IMG/VR virus record: IMGVR_UViG_3300046522_000316
Coordinates: 160,001-224,000 of that record
Length of the DNA: 64,000 bases
Reading direction: 5' to 3' (one strand)
From: a virus
Lineage: Duplodnaviria; Caudoviricetes
This document shows positions 42,031 through 50,842 of the stretch, one piece after another; within the stretch, counting starts at the first letter, position 1; the number at the start of each line of letters is the position of its first letter. The position numbers and the translations under genes are program-made. The notes beneath the pieces were generated by a model, which was given only the letters and a program-made list of their open reading frames with translations, did not search any database and was not told where the DNA came from.

Positions 42031-42528
42031 GTGGAATTTCTCATAAAGAGTATCGAGAAAGTCATTGAAGTTCCGCTCGACGATGCGGTCGGATACTTCT
42101 TCTGCACCCTTTGCGGTGTGCTGATTAGCTGGATCTACAAATGCCGTCGTGAAGGCATTAAAATGGGCAGCTATTGGCTGGAAAACATCGGGGCTTCCCT
42201 CGGTGTGATCGGTGGTGCAATCGCTGTGTTTCTGTTGACCATTATCAGTGAGCCGGGCGTAGGGAAAATAACCTATCTGGCAATCGGTATGGCCGCAGAT
42301 TCCATGCTGAATAAACCGCCGCTGCCGATGGCTGTACGGGTAGCGATGGAAAAGATTGAGGCCGCACAAAATGAATTGGGTAATTCTCCTTCTATTATTG
42401 TTCCTCCCGGCCTGCTCAAGCCAGACACCGCAAGTGCCGCCGTCGAACATGCAACTGAAAAAGTTGGAAAAAATTACGTTGCAGGCGTCACTACCGGAAA
42501 GGCCGACGCCCCTAGCGATCCAGTCTGA
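42031..42528 (+). CDS. Holin-like protein (2-3 TM)
   Basis: Hydrophobic segments GYFFCTLCGVLISWIY, IGASLGVIGGAIAVFLLTII and ITYLAIGMAA; next to the spanin- and endolysin-like genes. Confidence 0.55.
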   Translation: MEFLIKSIEKVIEVPLDDAVGYFFCTLCGVLISWIYKCRREGIKMGSYWLENIGASLGVIGGAIAVFLLTIISEPGVGKITYLAIGMAADSMLNKPPLPMAVRVAMEKIEAAQNELGNSPSIIVPPGLLKPDTASAAVEHATEKVGKNYVAGVTTGKADAPSDPV

Positions 42529-42817
42529 CGGCAAGGAATACGCGGGCTTCACGTTAACGCAATTGGATCAGTTGAGCGATTACGCAAAACAATCCAAGAA
42601 AAACACCGATGGCCTAAACCTTCTGGCCGGTGCGCATAACCAGACAATTGAACAATATAATTTGATGGTAGATATTGCGAAACAGCAGGAGGCCCGCGCC
42701 AACGAGAACTACGCTCGCTACGTGCAGGAATTTGACGACCACCAAAACGATAAGCGCTGGTGGTCTGTTGAGAAGATTTTTTGGCAGGCGATAGCAATTA
42801 TCGGCCTAGCACTTTAA
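42371..42817 (+). CDS. Lipoprotein, spanin-like, overlapping the holin-like gene
   Basis: MNWVILLLLLFLPAC|SSQ lipobox-like signal, Pro-rich linker, coiled coil and hydrophobic C-terminus. Confidence 0.65.
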   Translation: MNWVILLLLLFLPACSSQTPQVPPSNMQLKKLEKITLQASLPERPTPLAIQSDGKEYAGFTLTQLDQLSDYAKQSKKNTDGLNLLAGAHNQTIEQYNLMVDIAKQQEARANENYARYVQEFDDHQNDKRWWSVEKIFWQAIAIIGLAL

Positions 42818-42830
42818 ACCGGGGACGATT

Positions 42831-43274
42831 ATGCGTATCAGCGAAAACTACACCGACCTTGATGTTGGCTTCGATCTTGTAGCGGTAAAAAACAGGATCA
42901 ACAACACGCCGCCCGTTGAGGCGCTGCGTGCTGCTGAAAAGGTTGCGGAAAATATTCTTGAACCACTGCGACTTGAATTCGATTTTCGAATCGTGAGTTG
43001 GTACAGGAGTCCGGTGCTGGAACGTGAGTATTGCAAGGCCAGTTATTACGATTGGTTGCGTGCGAATGGCCTGCCGTTCAACGAAACGAATTGGGTCAAA
43101 TATCTCAACGAAAAACAGCACGTGTTGGGCGTTGCCGTGTCGCTGATTTCCAACGATGCACAAGCGATCTTCGACTACCTGCAAAACCAAACGTTTGACC
43201 TGCTGCAAATGCGCGACGGTTACATTCACGTTTCGTATGTAGAAAATGCCAACCGCAAAATGGTTCTGGCCTAA
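42831..43274 (+). CDS. Peptidase M15A-like protein (endolysin-like; the Zn-ligand Asp is replaced by Ser)
   Basis: ISENYT...NNTP...ILEPLR...IVSWYRS...QHVLGVAVS...FDLL...YIHVSY. Confidence 0.7.
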   Translation: MRISENYTDLDVGFDLVAVKNRINNTPPVEALRAAEKVAENILEPLRLEFDFRIVSWYRSPVLEREYCKASYYDWLRANGLPFNETNWVKYLNEKQHVLGVAVSLISNDAQAIFDYLQNQTFDLLQMRDGYIHVSYVENANRKMVLA

Positions 43275-43302
43275 TAAAACTTCCCACATAAGAGGAATCA
43301 CA

Positions 43303-43737
43303 ATGTTTGAAATGATCGTTCCAAAACGCACGATGTTTTTCATGGGGCCGCAACGCTCGGGTAAAACTTGTGCAATGCAGCAACTGGTGAAAATGAGCGC
43401 TGAACTGCGCCAACGTATCCTGTTGGTGGGCGAGCCGAACAACCTGCATGCGTTCATGTCGGACGCTGACCTGTACCAGTCCGGGGCGCACATCGACCAC
43501 CTGCCCATGGTGGCCCGTGAGGCGACCGCGCAGCACCTCCGCGCATCGGACTATGACCTTGTGGCGTTCGTCGGTTCTACGGTGTTTGTAGAGCCGGGTA
43601 AGGTGCTTATGTACGGCGAGCCACCGGCTGGCATCGTGGCGTTCTTCGGGCGCCTGTGTGAGCCTACCGCCATGCTGCCGCGTGTGTTCTTTGAGACGCA
43701 TTACAACGGCCACGACCGCGACGTTGCAGTCGGTTAA
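43303..43737 (+). CDS. Small P-loop protein
   Basis: FFMGPQRSGKT Walker A; RBS AGAGGA. Confidence 0.6.
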   Translation: MFEMIVPKRTMFFMGPQRSGKTCAMQQLVKMSAELRQRILLVGEPNNLHAFMSDADLYQSGAHIDHLPMVAREATAQHLRASDYDLVAFVGSTVFVEPGKVLMYGEPPAGIVAFFGRLCEPTAMLPRVFFETHYNGHDRDVAVG

Positions 43738-43745
43738 TTTGAAGC

Positions 43746-43786
43746 AAAAAAAGCCCCGAATCCAATTAAGGAAACGGGGCTTTTTT
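43746..43786. terminator. Bidirectional intrinsic terminator between the convergent blocks
   Basis: AAAAAAAGCCCCG...CGGGGCTTTTTT. Confidence 0.85.
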
Positions 43787-43798
43787 CGTTTCAGGACA

Positions 43799-44374
43799 CT
43801 AGATCCACTTTTCGCGCAGCATGTTGAAAAGCGTTACGGTCGTGAGGTTGTGCGTCTGCATGTACGTCTTCAGCTTGTCGGTATTGAAACCGGTTTGCTG
43901 TACCAGATCCGCGACGATGGAAATGTTGTTGTTCTGCAAATCCAAATAAAACATCGCGTCGATCTTTTCGCTGGTGCCTTCGCCGGGCAACATGAACTGC
44001 TGCTGTTTGGTCAGTGGCGACATAATCACGCCACGATGAATTGCCTTGAGCAAAGTCATGTAGAAGCGATCAAGTTTTCCGAACATCATGTGGTCGATGT
44101 CGGAATAGAAATACGACGGATAAAAATCCACCGGTTCCAGCGCGTCGATTTTCTTGATGTACGGGGCGATACGAACTTCCGGCAACACGTGGCCGTAATA
44201 TTCCACGTCACCACTTTTGCCATCCTGCCCAACATGAATGCGGGCGAATGGTTCACCGACGCATGCGTGCGTGTAGCGTGGCGATCCGTCTTCCGTGTGG
44301 CTTGGGTACAGCTGAAGCACACCGTCAACTTTCAGCAATCGGTTCAATTGCTCTTTAGATAAAATCAAGGCCAC
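43799..44374 (-). CDS. Hypothetical protein (191 aa)
   Basis: RBS AAGGAGG; last gene of the minus-strand block. Confidence 0.7.
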   Translation of the reverse strand: MALILSKEQLNRLLKVDGVLQLYPSHTEDGSPRYTHACVGEPFARIHVGQDGKSGDVEYYGHVLPEVRIAPYIKKIDALEPVDFYPSYFYSDIDHMMFGKLDRFYMTLLKAIHRGVIMSPLTKQQQFMLPGEGTSEKIDAMFYLDLQNNNISIVADLVQQTGFNTDKLKTYMQTHNLTTVTLFNMLREKWI

Positions 44375-44675
44375 TTTTTGACACCTCCTTGGGTTTCATT
44401 TTCTTGATAATGCGCCGCTTGCGCAATTCTTTCAGAACGGCGTCCCGCGTAGGCATCACGATTTCGATCAGCATGTAATCCTGCATTTTGTCAGGAACAT
44501 AAATCGAAGTCATAGCGCCTTCACGCCGTGTGTATTTCACACCAGATTCCGACATGGTTTCCGATGCGATAACCGTGAAAGGTTCGTCAACCAAATCGTC
44601 TTCCTTCGACACAACCCAGTAATGTTTGCCGGGCAGGCCTTCACGCGGAAATAACAGATTTAATTTCTGGCTCAT
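44355..44675 (-). CDS. Hypothetical protein (106 aa)
   Basis: ATGA overlap with the upstream gene. Confidence 0.65.
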   Translation of the reverse strand: MSQKLNLLFPREGLPGKHYWVVSKEDDLVDEPFTVIASETMSESGVKYTRREGAMTSIYVPDKMQDYMLIEIVMPTRDAVLKELRKRRIIKKMKPKEVSKSGLDFI

Positions 44676-44926
44676 ACGGGCCTCAGTTGGAATTTCTCCA
44701 CGTCCATCCACAGCCAGCCTTCGGTGCCACTTTCTTCGAACTTTGCAGTCTTTCCGAAGTGTGCAACAACCGCCCGCAGAACCTCTTCGTTTTCCACACG
44801 CACGGCCCGGCGTTCGTAGGCGTTATGATTCAGCTGTTCCCAAATCATTCCGACTTCCATGCCGTGCGAAAAAGCAGGGTCTTGGTTTGGAAACGGGATA
44901 ATGCATTTAAATTCCGATTCGCTCAT
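44672..44926 (-). CDS. Small hypothetical protein, paralog of 44923, ends in LRPV
   Basis: GMEVGMIWEQL matches GFELGMVWCDM. Confidence 0.65.
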   Translation of the reverse strand: MSESEFKCIIPFPNQDPAFSHGMEVGMIWEQLNHNAYERRAVRVENEEVLRAVVAHFGKTAKFEESGTEGWLWMDVEKFQLRPV

Positions 44927-45183
44927 ACCAGCCTCAAGCCGATTTTCTCGGCGCTGACAACCACCAACGGAACTCCGCAATTGTCCTGATCGTCGTATTC
45001 CGCGAATGCCGGACGGTATCCGAATTTCTTCACAGCCTTTTCGTAAACATCGCGATAACCATCACGAACAATCCACGGGCCTTGACCACCGCCAAGCATG
45101 TCACACCAGACCATGCCGAGTTCGAAACCAATGCGCATTTCCAGCGACATATCTTCGAGTTGACCAAACGGATCTTCCATCAC
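44923..45183 (-). CDS. Small hypothetical protein, paralog of 44672, ends in LRLV
   Basis: Shared motif and operon overlaps. Confidence 0.65.
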   Translation of the reverse strand: MMEDPFGQLEDMSLEMRIGFELGMVWCDMLGGGQGPWIVRDGYRDVYEKAVKKFGYRPAFAEYDDQDNCGVPLVVVSAEKIGLRLV

Positions 45184-45833
45184 TTTCTCCGCTTTTTCAT
45201 TTTGCCCGCTTGGGCCTTGGCTTGTTCGCTTGCGCGTTGGGCCAGACGATCATGCAACTGCGCTTGCAGTTCGACAACGTTCCACGGCGGATTGAAAGGT
45301 TCGGGTTCTTCGCCTTCGCCTAATTCGGGATCGTTCCAGCCGTGATCCGGACAATCCAGCGGATCGCGATATTCACCGGGCAGCGAATACGCGTAGCCTT
45401 CACGTGTCAGGAATGCATCTTTTTCCCGGTCGAAATAAACGACGCGTTCCGCAATCTGCATTTCGAAAAGTTCACGGTAGAAAATATCACCGTGATCGAA
45501 AACCATGAACGGACGCAGGCCTTCGAGAAATGCGAACAGGGATTCAATCGACGTGTAGCGACTCGACGAATATGTCAGCAATTCCCACACGCCGTTTTCA
45601 TCTTGTTTCAGGCTGCGCGAATTCCAGTGAGAAAAAGAACTGCTGGAACCGTGCATTAGGCCCCACGCCCCGACAACACCAGACGCGCTCAGGCCAATTA
45701 GTTCGCCACCGTGGCACGGCGGTTTACTTCCGTCTTTTGGCTTGTCGCACAGCATACGCAACCAATCCAAAATGTTTTGTGGAGTGTTCGCGTTTAAACG
45801 TAACCGAACAGCATGGGCCGTGTAGTGTCCCAT
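45180..45833 (-). CDS. Hypothetical protein (217 aa)
   Basis: Operon packing; MGHYT...P..I...L pattern seen in phage hypothetical proteins. Confidence 0.7.
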   Translation of the reverse strand: MGHYTAHAVRLRLNANTPQNILDWLRMLCDKPKDGSKPPCHGGELIGLSASGVVGAWGLMHGSSSSFSHWNSRSLKQDENGVWELLTYSSSRYTSIESLFAFLEGLRPFMVFDHGDIFYRELFEMQIAERVVYFDREKDAFLTREGYAYSLPGEYRDPLDCPDHGWNDPELGEGEEPEPFNPPWNVVELQAQLHDRLAQRASEQAKAQAGKMKKRRK

Positions 45834-45834
45834 A

Positions 45835-46626
45835 TCAGTCGTCGCTCAAGGTTGTCATCAGCGCTTTGAATGCGCGGAATTTGCCGAGTGCTTTGGTTTC
45901 GTGATCGCGCAGTTCTTCGACTTCCAGCGCCACCATCGACATGCGTTCGCGTAGAGCGTTCATGCGTGCGCCGAATTCGTTGTTGAGGGTTTCCATTTCC
46001 TGCGACAATTCGTTGAGTGCTTCGAGTGCGATATCAGCAGCAGTCGGTGCATTGTCGGCGGCGGTTTTGGCGATGGCATTCATTTCAACGGTTTCCTTAA
46101 CAACAATTGGTTCGGGTTCTGGTTTGATTTGTGCTGCATTCTGCGTAGATTTTTCTGCGATTGCTTTTTCCACGGATTCCACACTCACCGGACGGCCCAT
46201 CGCGGAGTCACGCAGAATACTCATGGATTCATCGCTGATTCCGGCAATGCTTTCTGCAATTTCCAAAACGGGCTTCGGTGGAACGTAGGGCACTGCGATT
46301 TTACGCAAAGCTTTCGCGTCCATGAAATCGCCAAGCTTCGGCGGCGTCACGATATCGGAAACAGCTTCACGCAGTTCGCGAATTTTCACAGGCTCACGCT
46401 GGAAAGCATCGCGCTTCACTTCTTTGATCAGGCCGCGATCTTTCAGACCGCCAAGCGCGGCGCGTACCCGCTTGTGTTCGGCGCCAGATTTCCCCGCCGT
46501 TTGCATTTGGCGGTTGATTTGTTCTGCTGACCAGACTTCTTGTATCGGTACAAATTCGAACAGCTTCGCTTCGAGGCTGTTGCATCCTGCCAATAACTGC
46601 TGCTGCCTTGCTTCAGAAATCGCCAT
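45835..46626 (-). CDS. Winged-helix-like N-terminus plus C-terminal coiled coil
   Basis: KLFEFVPIQEVW..EQI...VRAALGGLKDRGLIKE; heptads at the C-terminus. Confidence 0.6.
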   Translation of the reverse strand: MAISEARQQQLLAGCNSLEAKLFEFVPIQEVWSAEQINRQMQTAGKSGAEHKRVRAALGGLKDRGLIKEVKRDAFQREPVKIRELREAVSDIVTPPKLGDFMDAKALRKIAVPYVPPKPVLEIAESIAGISDESMSILRDSAMGRPVSVESVEKAIAEKSTQNAAQIKPEPEPIVVKETVEMNAIAKTAADNAPTAADIALEALNELSQEMETLNNEFGARMNALRERMSMVALEVEELRDHETKALGKFRAFKALMTTLSDD

Positions 46627-46630
46627 ACTT

Positions 46631-47305
46631 TTATTCGTCTTCTGTCCGGTTGTAGGTCGGTAGCCACTCACATTCGTTTAGTGGTACATCCATGATGAAC
46701 GCGTAGAAAGCACGCGAAGGGGGAACGCCCAAACGGATATATTCGATCAACCCGCCCGGCCATTTCCAGCCCTTGTACTTGTATTCACAGTTTCCGCGAT
46801 TCTCGCCCGTGATGCGGCAAATGCTGAAACCGCGATAGCGCGCTACTTCCGCTACGTCTTCAATGTCGGCCAATTTGTTGATGAAAAGTTGAATATCAAA
46901 TTCCGGAATGTGCCAGATGTACGGCCACGGCAATTCGGCATCTTGGCGGTCGATGAAATTCGCAACGTGGTGGCCGGGGCCTACGTGTTCGACCATCTTT
47001 TCACGGGTGCGCCAATAGCCCTCAACGTGGAACGGGAACGTCCGGAAACCGTGGCCGTTGTCACGCTGGTAATTCAAAAAGCCTTCCTGATATTGGCTAG
47101 GCACAGGCAGCTTTGGCGGTTCAGCTTTCACGAATTTATAACCGGCGTGTTCTTCGGAACTGAACACGAATTCATCGTCGATTCCGATGTAGGTGAAAAC
47201 ACCGTTGACCGCGACGTTGATGATTTCGATATCGCCGTTAGGCAGATAAACCCAGTACAGGCCCTTATCTTTAATTTCCCACCAATCCAAAACTTTCATT
47301 GTCAC
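46631..47305 (-). CDS. Hypothetical protein with shared N-terminal W-x-E-x4-G-x-YW module
   Basis: DWWEIKDKGLYW...YKFVKAEPPKLP. Confidence 0.7.
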   Translation of the reverse strand: MTMKVLDWWEIKDKGLYWVYLPNGDIEIINVAVNGVFTYIGIDDEFVFSSEEHAGYKFVKAEPPKLPVPSQYQEGFLNYQRDNGHGFRTFPFHVEGYWRTREKMVEHVGPGHHVANFIDRQDAELPWPYIWHIPEFDIQLFINKLADIEDVAEVARYRGFSICRITGENRGNCEYKYKGWKWPGGLIEYIRLGVPPSRAFYAFIMDVPLNECEWLPTYNRTEDE

Positions 47306-47592
47306 TACCCTGAAAAATATTCGAGTTCTTTCGGAAGCTGCGGCGGCAAATCAATCGCCACAAACACGTGCGTATTTTCGCGGAAACGCCAATGCACCGA
47401 GTCGTTCATTTGAATGCACAGATACGTCGGATCTTCTCCTTTACGGAAAGACGTACTCTTCACACGAACTTCGATAATGTTCCGATCATCCGGATCAGCC
47501 CGGCAAATCATCCAGTACGAAACGCCAACCTCAAGCTGGCGCCAGTCCGTGATAAATTTCGTGAGCAAACGACCTTCGTAGGGTTCGCTCAT
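47305..47592 (-). CDS. Stand-alone W-x-Q-x4-YW module protein
   Basis: DWRQLEVGVSYW...HVFVAIDLPPQLP. Confidence 0.7.
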   Translation of the reverse strand: MSEPYEGRLLTKFITDWRQLEVGVSYWMICRADPDDRNIIEVRVKSTSFRKGEDPTYLCIQMNDSVHWRFRENTHVFVAIDLPPQLPKELEYFSG

Positions 47593-48152
47593 GCCTTGGC
47601 CTGCTTGGACGCAGCGCTCAGAATTTTGCGCTCGATGATATTGCGGAAATCGGCAGTGTCAGAATCGTGATAACGGATGCCAACCCACTGAAAACTCCAA
47701 CCGCCATTTCCAGCCAGACGGATAATCAACGCGCCTTCACCGGCCAAGCCCGTATAGATTTCCAGCATGCAATTCACGTGGCGCCCACCGATCAAAGGGA
47801 AGCCCGGAACGGGAGTGTTTTCTTGCGCAGGAATTTTCAACATGATGCCGGGGCTTTCCAGAATGCCGGAAGCTTCGAGAACATCGGTCAACATTTTGCT
47901 GTGTACTTCAGCGTCGAAAACTTCTGGCTCGACTTTGAGTTGCGGCCACAGGAAATCAGGCACCGCAACCTTCACGAAGAAATATTCGTCTTGGAAATTG
48001 TTGTGTACCAAATCTTCCCACACTTCGGCACCGATAACGCCGAGGGTGCCACCGTCGTACTCGACCACGGAATAAATCTGCGTATCGCTTTTGAGGACTT
48101 TCCAGTACAGACCGTTTTCGATCAGTTCGTGCCACTCAAGATACTTAGCCAT
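47589..48152 (-). CDS. Hypothetical protein with the same N-terminal module (start revised to MAKYLEW)
   Basis: EWHELIENGLYW...YFFVKVAVP; TAATG overlap. Confidence 0.7.
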   Translation of the reverse strand: MAKYLEWHELIENGLYWKVLKSDTQIYSVVEYDGGTLGVIGAEVWEDLVHNNFQDEYFFVKVAVPDFLWPQLKVEPEVFDAEVHSKMLTDVLEASGILESPGIMLKIPAQENTPVPGFPLIGGRHVNCMLEIYTGLAGEGALIIRLAGNGGWSFQWVGIRYHDSDTADFRNIIERKILSAASKQAKA

Positions 48153-48481
48153 TAATCTGCCCTCATGATCATTCGTCGGACTGTCTGCGCGTGGCATTGT
48201 TTGGGCCAGCAATGGCAAGTCAGTCTCAGGTTTTCGCCGCGCAAATATCTGGTGCGCAATTCCATAATCCGCTTCCAATATTTTCCTTTCTTCTGCATAC
48301 GTCTTTCTGCGTAGGCATCATAAAGCGCACAGCTTTTCTTTCGTGAGCCGGTTTCGCTAATCGGGTATTTGTTCCCGAATATCGTTTTGCGATCCACGCG
48401 CACATCACTGTAACCGGGTTTAGGCGGATCGTTGACCCGCCCCACAATCACGGTGCCTGTTGAACCAAACAAACCCGCCAT
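48152..48481 (-). CDS. DUF4326-family protein
   Basis: VDRKTIFGNKY...R...C..Y...LRG..L.LTCHCWPKQCHA. Confidence 0.8.
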   Translation of the reverse strand: MAGLFGSTGTVIVGRVNDPPKPGYSDVRVDRKTIFGNKYPISETGSRKKSCALYDAYAERRMQKKGKYWKRIMELRTRYLRGENLRLTCHCWPKQCHAQTVRRMIMRAD

Positions 48482-49084
48482 TTATTCCTCGGATTTGCAG
48501 ACTTCATTCCGCTCGACACGCCGCAAAGATTCCGCCAGCATTTTTGCCATCGGGTGCGCTTTGCAACCGGGGCCGTAGGACACGTCAAACGAATCGTTGT
48601 CCAGATCGACGGTGACGGCCAGCTTCGGAAGTTCCGGATGGCGAATGGTGAAGAACGCTTTTTCTTCCGTGTCCTGCATCATATGCACATCGGAAAATTC
48701 CAGCTTCTGGATATCGGCAATCAGTGCAGCCTTCCACTTTTCCAGATGCGTAATCAGCGGATTGGATTCGGTCGGAATTACTTCACGAAAAGCGCGAACT
48801 GCTTCGTCACGCAGGTAGCCGTAGTCGCCATTTTTCGGCACCACGAAATAATTGCCGTCGAGGTCGATCATCAGGTTAATGCGCAGAGTGCCCGACCACT
48901 TTTGCACATAACCGCGAACCGTGGTGCCGATGCATTTCTTCCCTTCGTGACTACTCCACCACGTAGGGCCGTTGGCTTCCCACGTAACGGCGCGGCCACC
49001 TTCTGCGGTATCGACCGGCAGTTTTTTCGAAGCGGCTTTGCACCATTTGCGCAGACGATCTTTCAGCAGATTGTTATCCATCAC
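48482..49084 (-). CDS. Hypothetical protein (200 aa)
   Basis: Operon packing. Confidence 0.7.
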   Translation of the reverse strand: MMDNNLLKDRLRKWCKAASKKLPVDTAEGGRAVTWEANGPTWWSSHEGKKCIGTTVRGYVQKWSGTLRINLMIDLDGNYFVVPKNGDYGYLRDEAVRAFREVIPTESNPLITHLEKWKAALIADIQKLEFSDVHMMQDTEEKAFFTIRHPELPKLAVTVDLDNDSFDVSYGPGCKAHPMAKMLAESLRRVERNEVCKSEE

Positions 49085-49803
49085 ACAACCTCAAATTCGA
49101 TGAAAGTATATTCCTGACGTTGGGTCAGGCGGTCGTAAACTTCGTTGTCGGGCATGCCGGAACCGGTCGGGTCATCGTGGTACATAACTTCAGGAAGGAT
49201 CGTGAATTTACGCACGGAAACGCCTGCAATTTCATGCCGCAAAATATCTGCGAGCGCATTACGATTTCCACGGCCCCAGTGGATCTTCCACTTGTTATCA
49301 ACTTCACGGCATTCGACAGGATGAATTCCCGGCTCTACCTTGGCGTCGTTCAAATACCACAGACGCTTTGTGCGATTGTTGATAATCGGATCGCCGCATT
49401 CTTCGGTGGTGATGTACACCAGTTCGATATCTATTCCCGGTGCGTAACCGACGTAGCCCGGTTTCTGGTCACGGGCTTGAGGCACGAAATTCATTTTAAA
49501 CTTCGTGCGTTCTTCGAATTCTTTGAGCGCTTTATCGGCCTGTTCCTGATAGATCGGCCAATCAACGTTAACGCGTTCGTGTGCCTGTTGAATCCGGCGG
49601 AACGAGTCCGCCAGATTCTCACCGGTAGGCTGAATTACTCCAGCCCCCGGATAGCACAGAAAAACATCCGCGCCGCCCAAGAATAGTTTATTGATACCAA
49701 CCGAAAGACGGTCATTACTGATATCAAAATTCAGCGCGTTTTCCTGAACGCATTTAGCGCCCAAAAGATTTTCAACTGCTGAAACAAATTCTCGGAATTC
49801 CAT
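49081..49803 (-). CDS. Hypothetical protein (240 aa)
   Basis: Operon packing. Confidence 0.7.
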   Translation of the reverse strand: MEFREFVSAVENLLGAKCVQENALNFDISNDRLSVGINKLFLGGADVFLCYPGAGVIQPTGENLADSFRRIQQAHERVNVDWPIYQEQADKALKEFEERTKFKMNFVPQARDQKPGYVGYAPGIDIELVYITTEECGDPIINNRTKRLWYLNDAKVEPGIHPVECREVDNKWKIHWGRGNRNALADILRHEIAGVSVRKFTILPEVMYHDDPTGSGMPDNEVYDRLTQRQEYTFIEFEVV

Positions 49804-49809
49804 TTGCGA

Positions 49810-50769
49810 TTACCCGCGATTGGTTGGCGTGAATTTCATTTTGCCAAGCGGCAATTTTTCGAAGGTGCCAGTGGTGTGCAGAATGCCTGCGCCGAGGCGC
49901 CACATAGCTTGCGGGAAACCTTCGATTTTTTGCATGATTGGTGCGGTTTCGATTTCAGCAGGATTGGTGATGGTCACATACTCACCATCACGCCACATTT
50001 TGAAACCTTCGTGCGTAACGCGCAGCAAACAAACGTCAGGGAAATCCTTCAGCACGATATCGCAGAACGGGAAATCATACTGATACGACGGACGCTCCTG
50101 TACTTGATGGCGGAACGAACGAACCGGAACGAGGTTCAAATAATCTTGAACAATGTCCGAGGCGCCGCGATGCCAAACCTTCGAAACACCAGCAGCTTTT
50201 TCGATGGTTTTGATGTAATTTTCACCATGTTCAAAATCGACCATGTTGATAATGTCATCACGCTTGGCGGGGCCGGAACGGTAGTTGATCCGGAACTCCC
50301 ATTTTTTCGTGTCACGGGTAATAACGATGCGACCGCCCGCGCCATACGCCTTGTACGAGTAGTACGGACGTTTGTCGTTTGGCTCGGCTTCCTTGAAACC
50401 GTTTTGCGCGCCGATGGTTTCGGCAAGCCGATTCAGGAACTCATGAGTTTCAATCGAGATTCCCGGTTCGTCAGGTTTCAGCTGGGCTTGATGCAGACGA
50501 TGGGAAACACTCAAAAGCATTTCCTTGTCGTAGTCGTGCCCGGCAGGAATGTTGCAGTTGACAGTCAATTGGCCATCGGAATCAATGCTGATTTCCAACG
50601 GGAAATATTCGCCAGTGCAGCGGTTGTAGATATCGTATACAACGCCCTCGGAAATCGGACTGTTAGCTCCACCACTTGCAATGCGGGCGAAGGTCTTTTT
50701 CGAGAGCGGCAAACCAGCAGGGAAAGCTTGGTTTACCATTGCACGTAATTGGTCATGCAAAGTTTGCAT
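49810..50769 (-). CDS. Hypothetical protein (319 aa)
   Basis: RBS AAAGGA; promoter-like motif 57 nt upstream. Confidence 0.75.
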   Translation of the reverse strand: MQTLHDQLRAMVNQAFPAGLPLSKKTFARIASGGANSPISEGVVYDIYNRCTGEYFPLEISIDSDGQLTVNCNIPAGHDYDKEMLLSVSHRLHQAQLKPDEPGISIETHEFLNRLAETIGAQNGFKEAEPNDKRPYYSYKAYGAGGRIVITRDTKKWEFRINYRSGPAKRDDIINMVDFEHGENYIKTIEKAAGVSKVWHRGASDIVQDYLNLVPVRSFRHQVQERPSYQYDFPFCDIVLKDFPDVCLLRVTHEGFKMWRDGEYVTITNPAEIETAPIMQKIEGFPQAMWRLGAGILHTTGTFEKLPLGKMKFTPTNRG

Positions 50770-50824
50770 CGTGTATTTCCTTTAGGTTGGTGTTGCGGTT
50801 GGTACAGCGTTGGTGTTGCCCTTT

Positions 50825-50839
50825 ATATTTACAGTTTTT
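50825..50839 (-). promoter_or_regulatory. Candidate phage promoter AAAAACTGTAAATAT
   Basis: Exact 15-mer also at 52702 and 63555; intergenic. Confidence 0.65.
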
Positions 50840-50842
50840 AAA

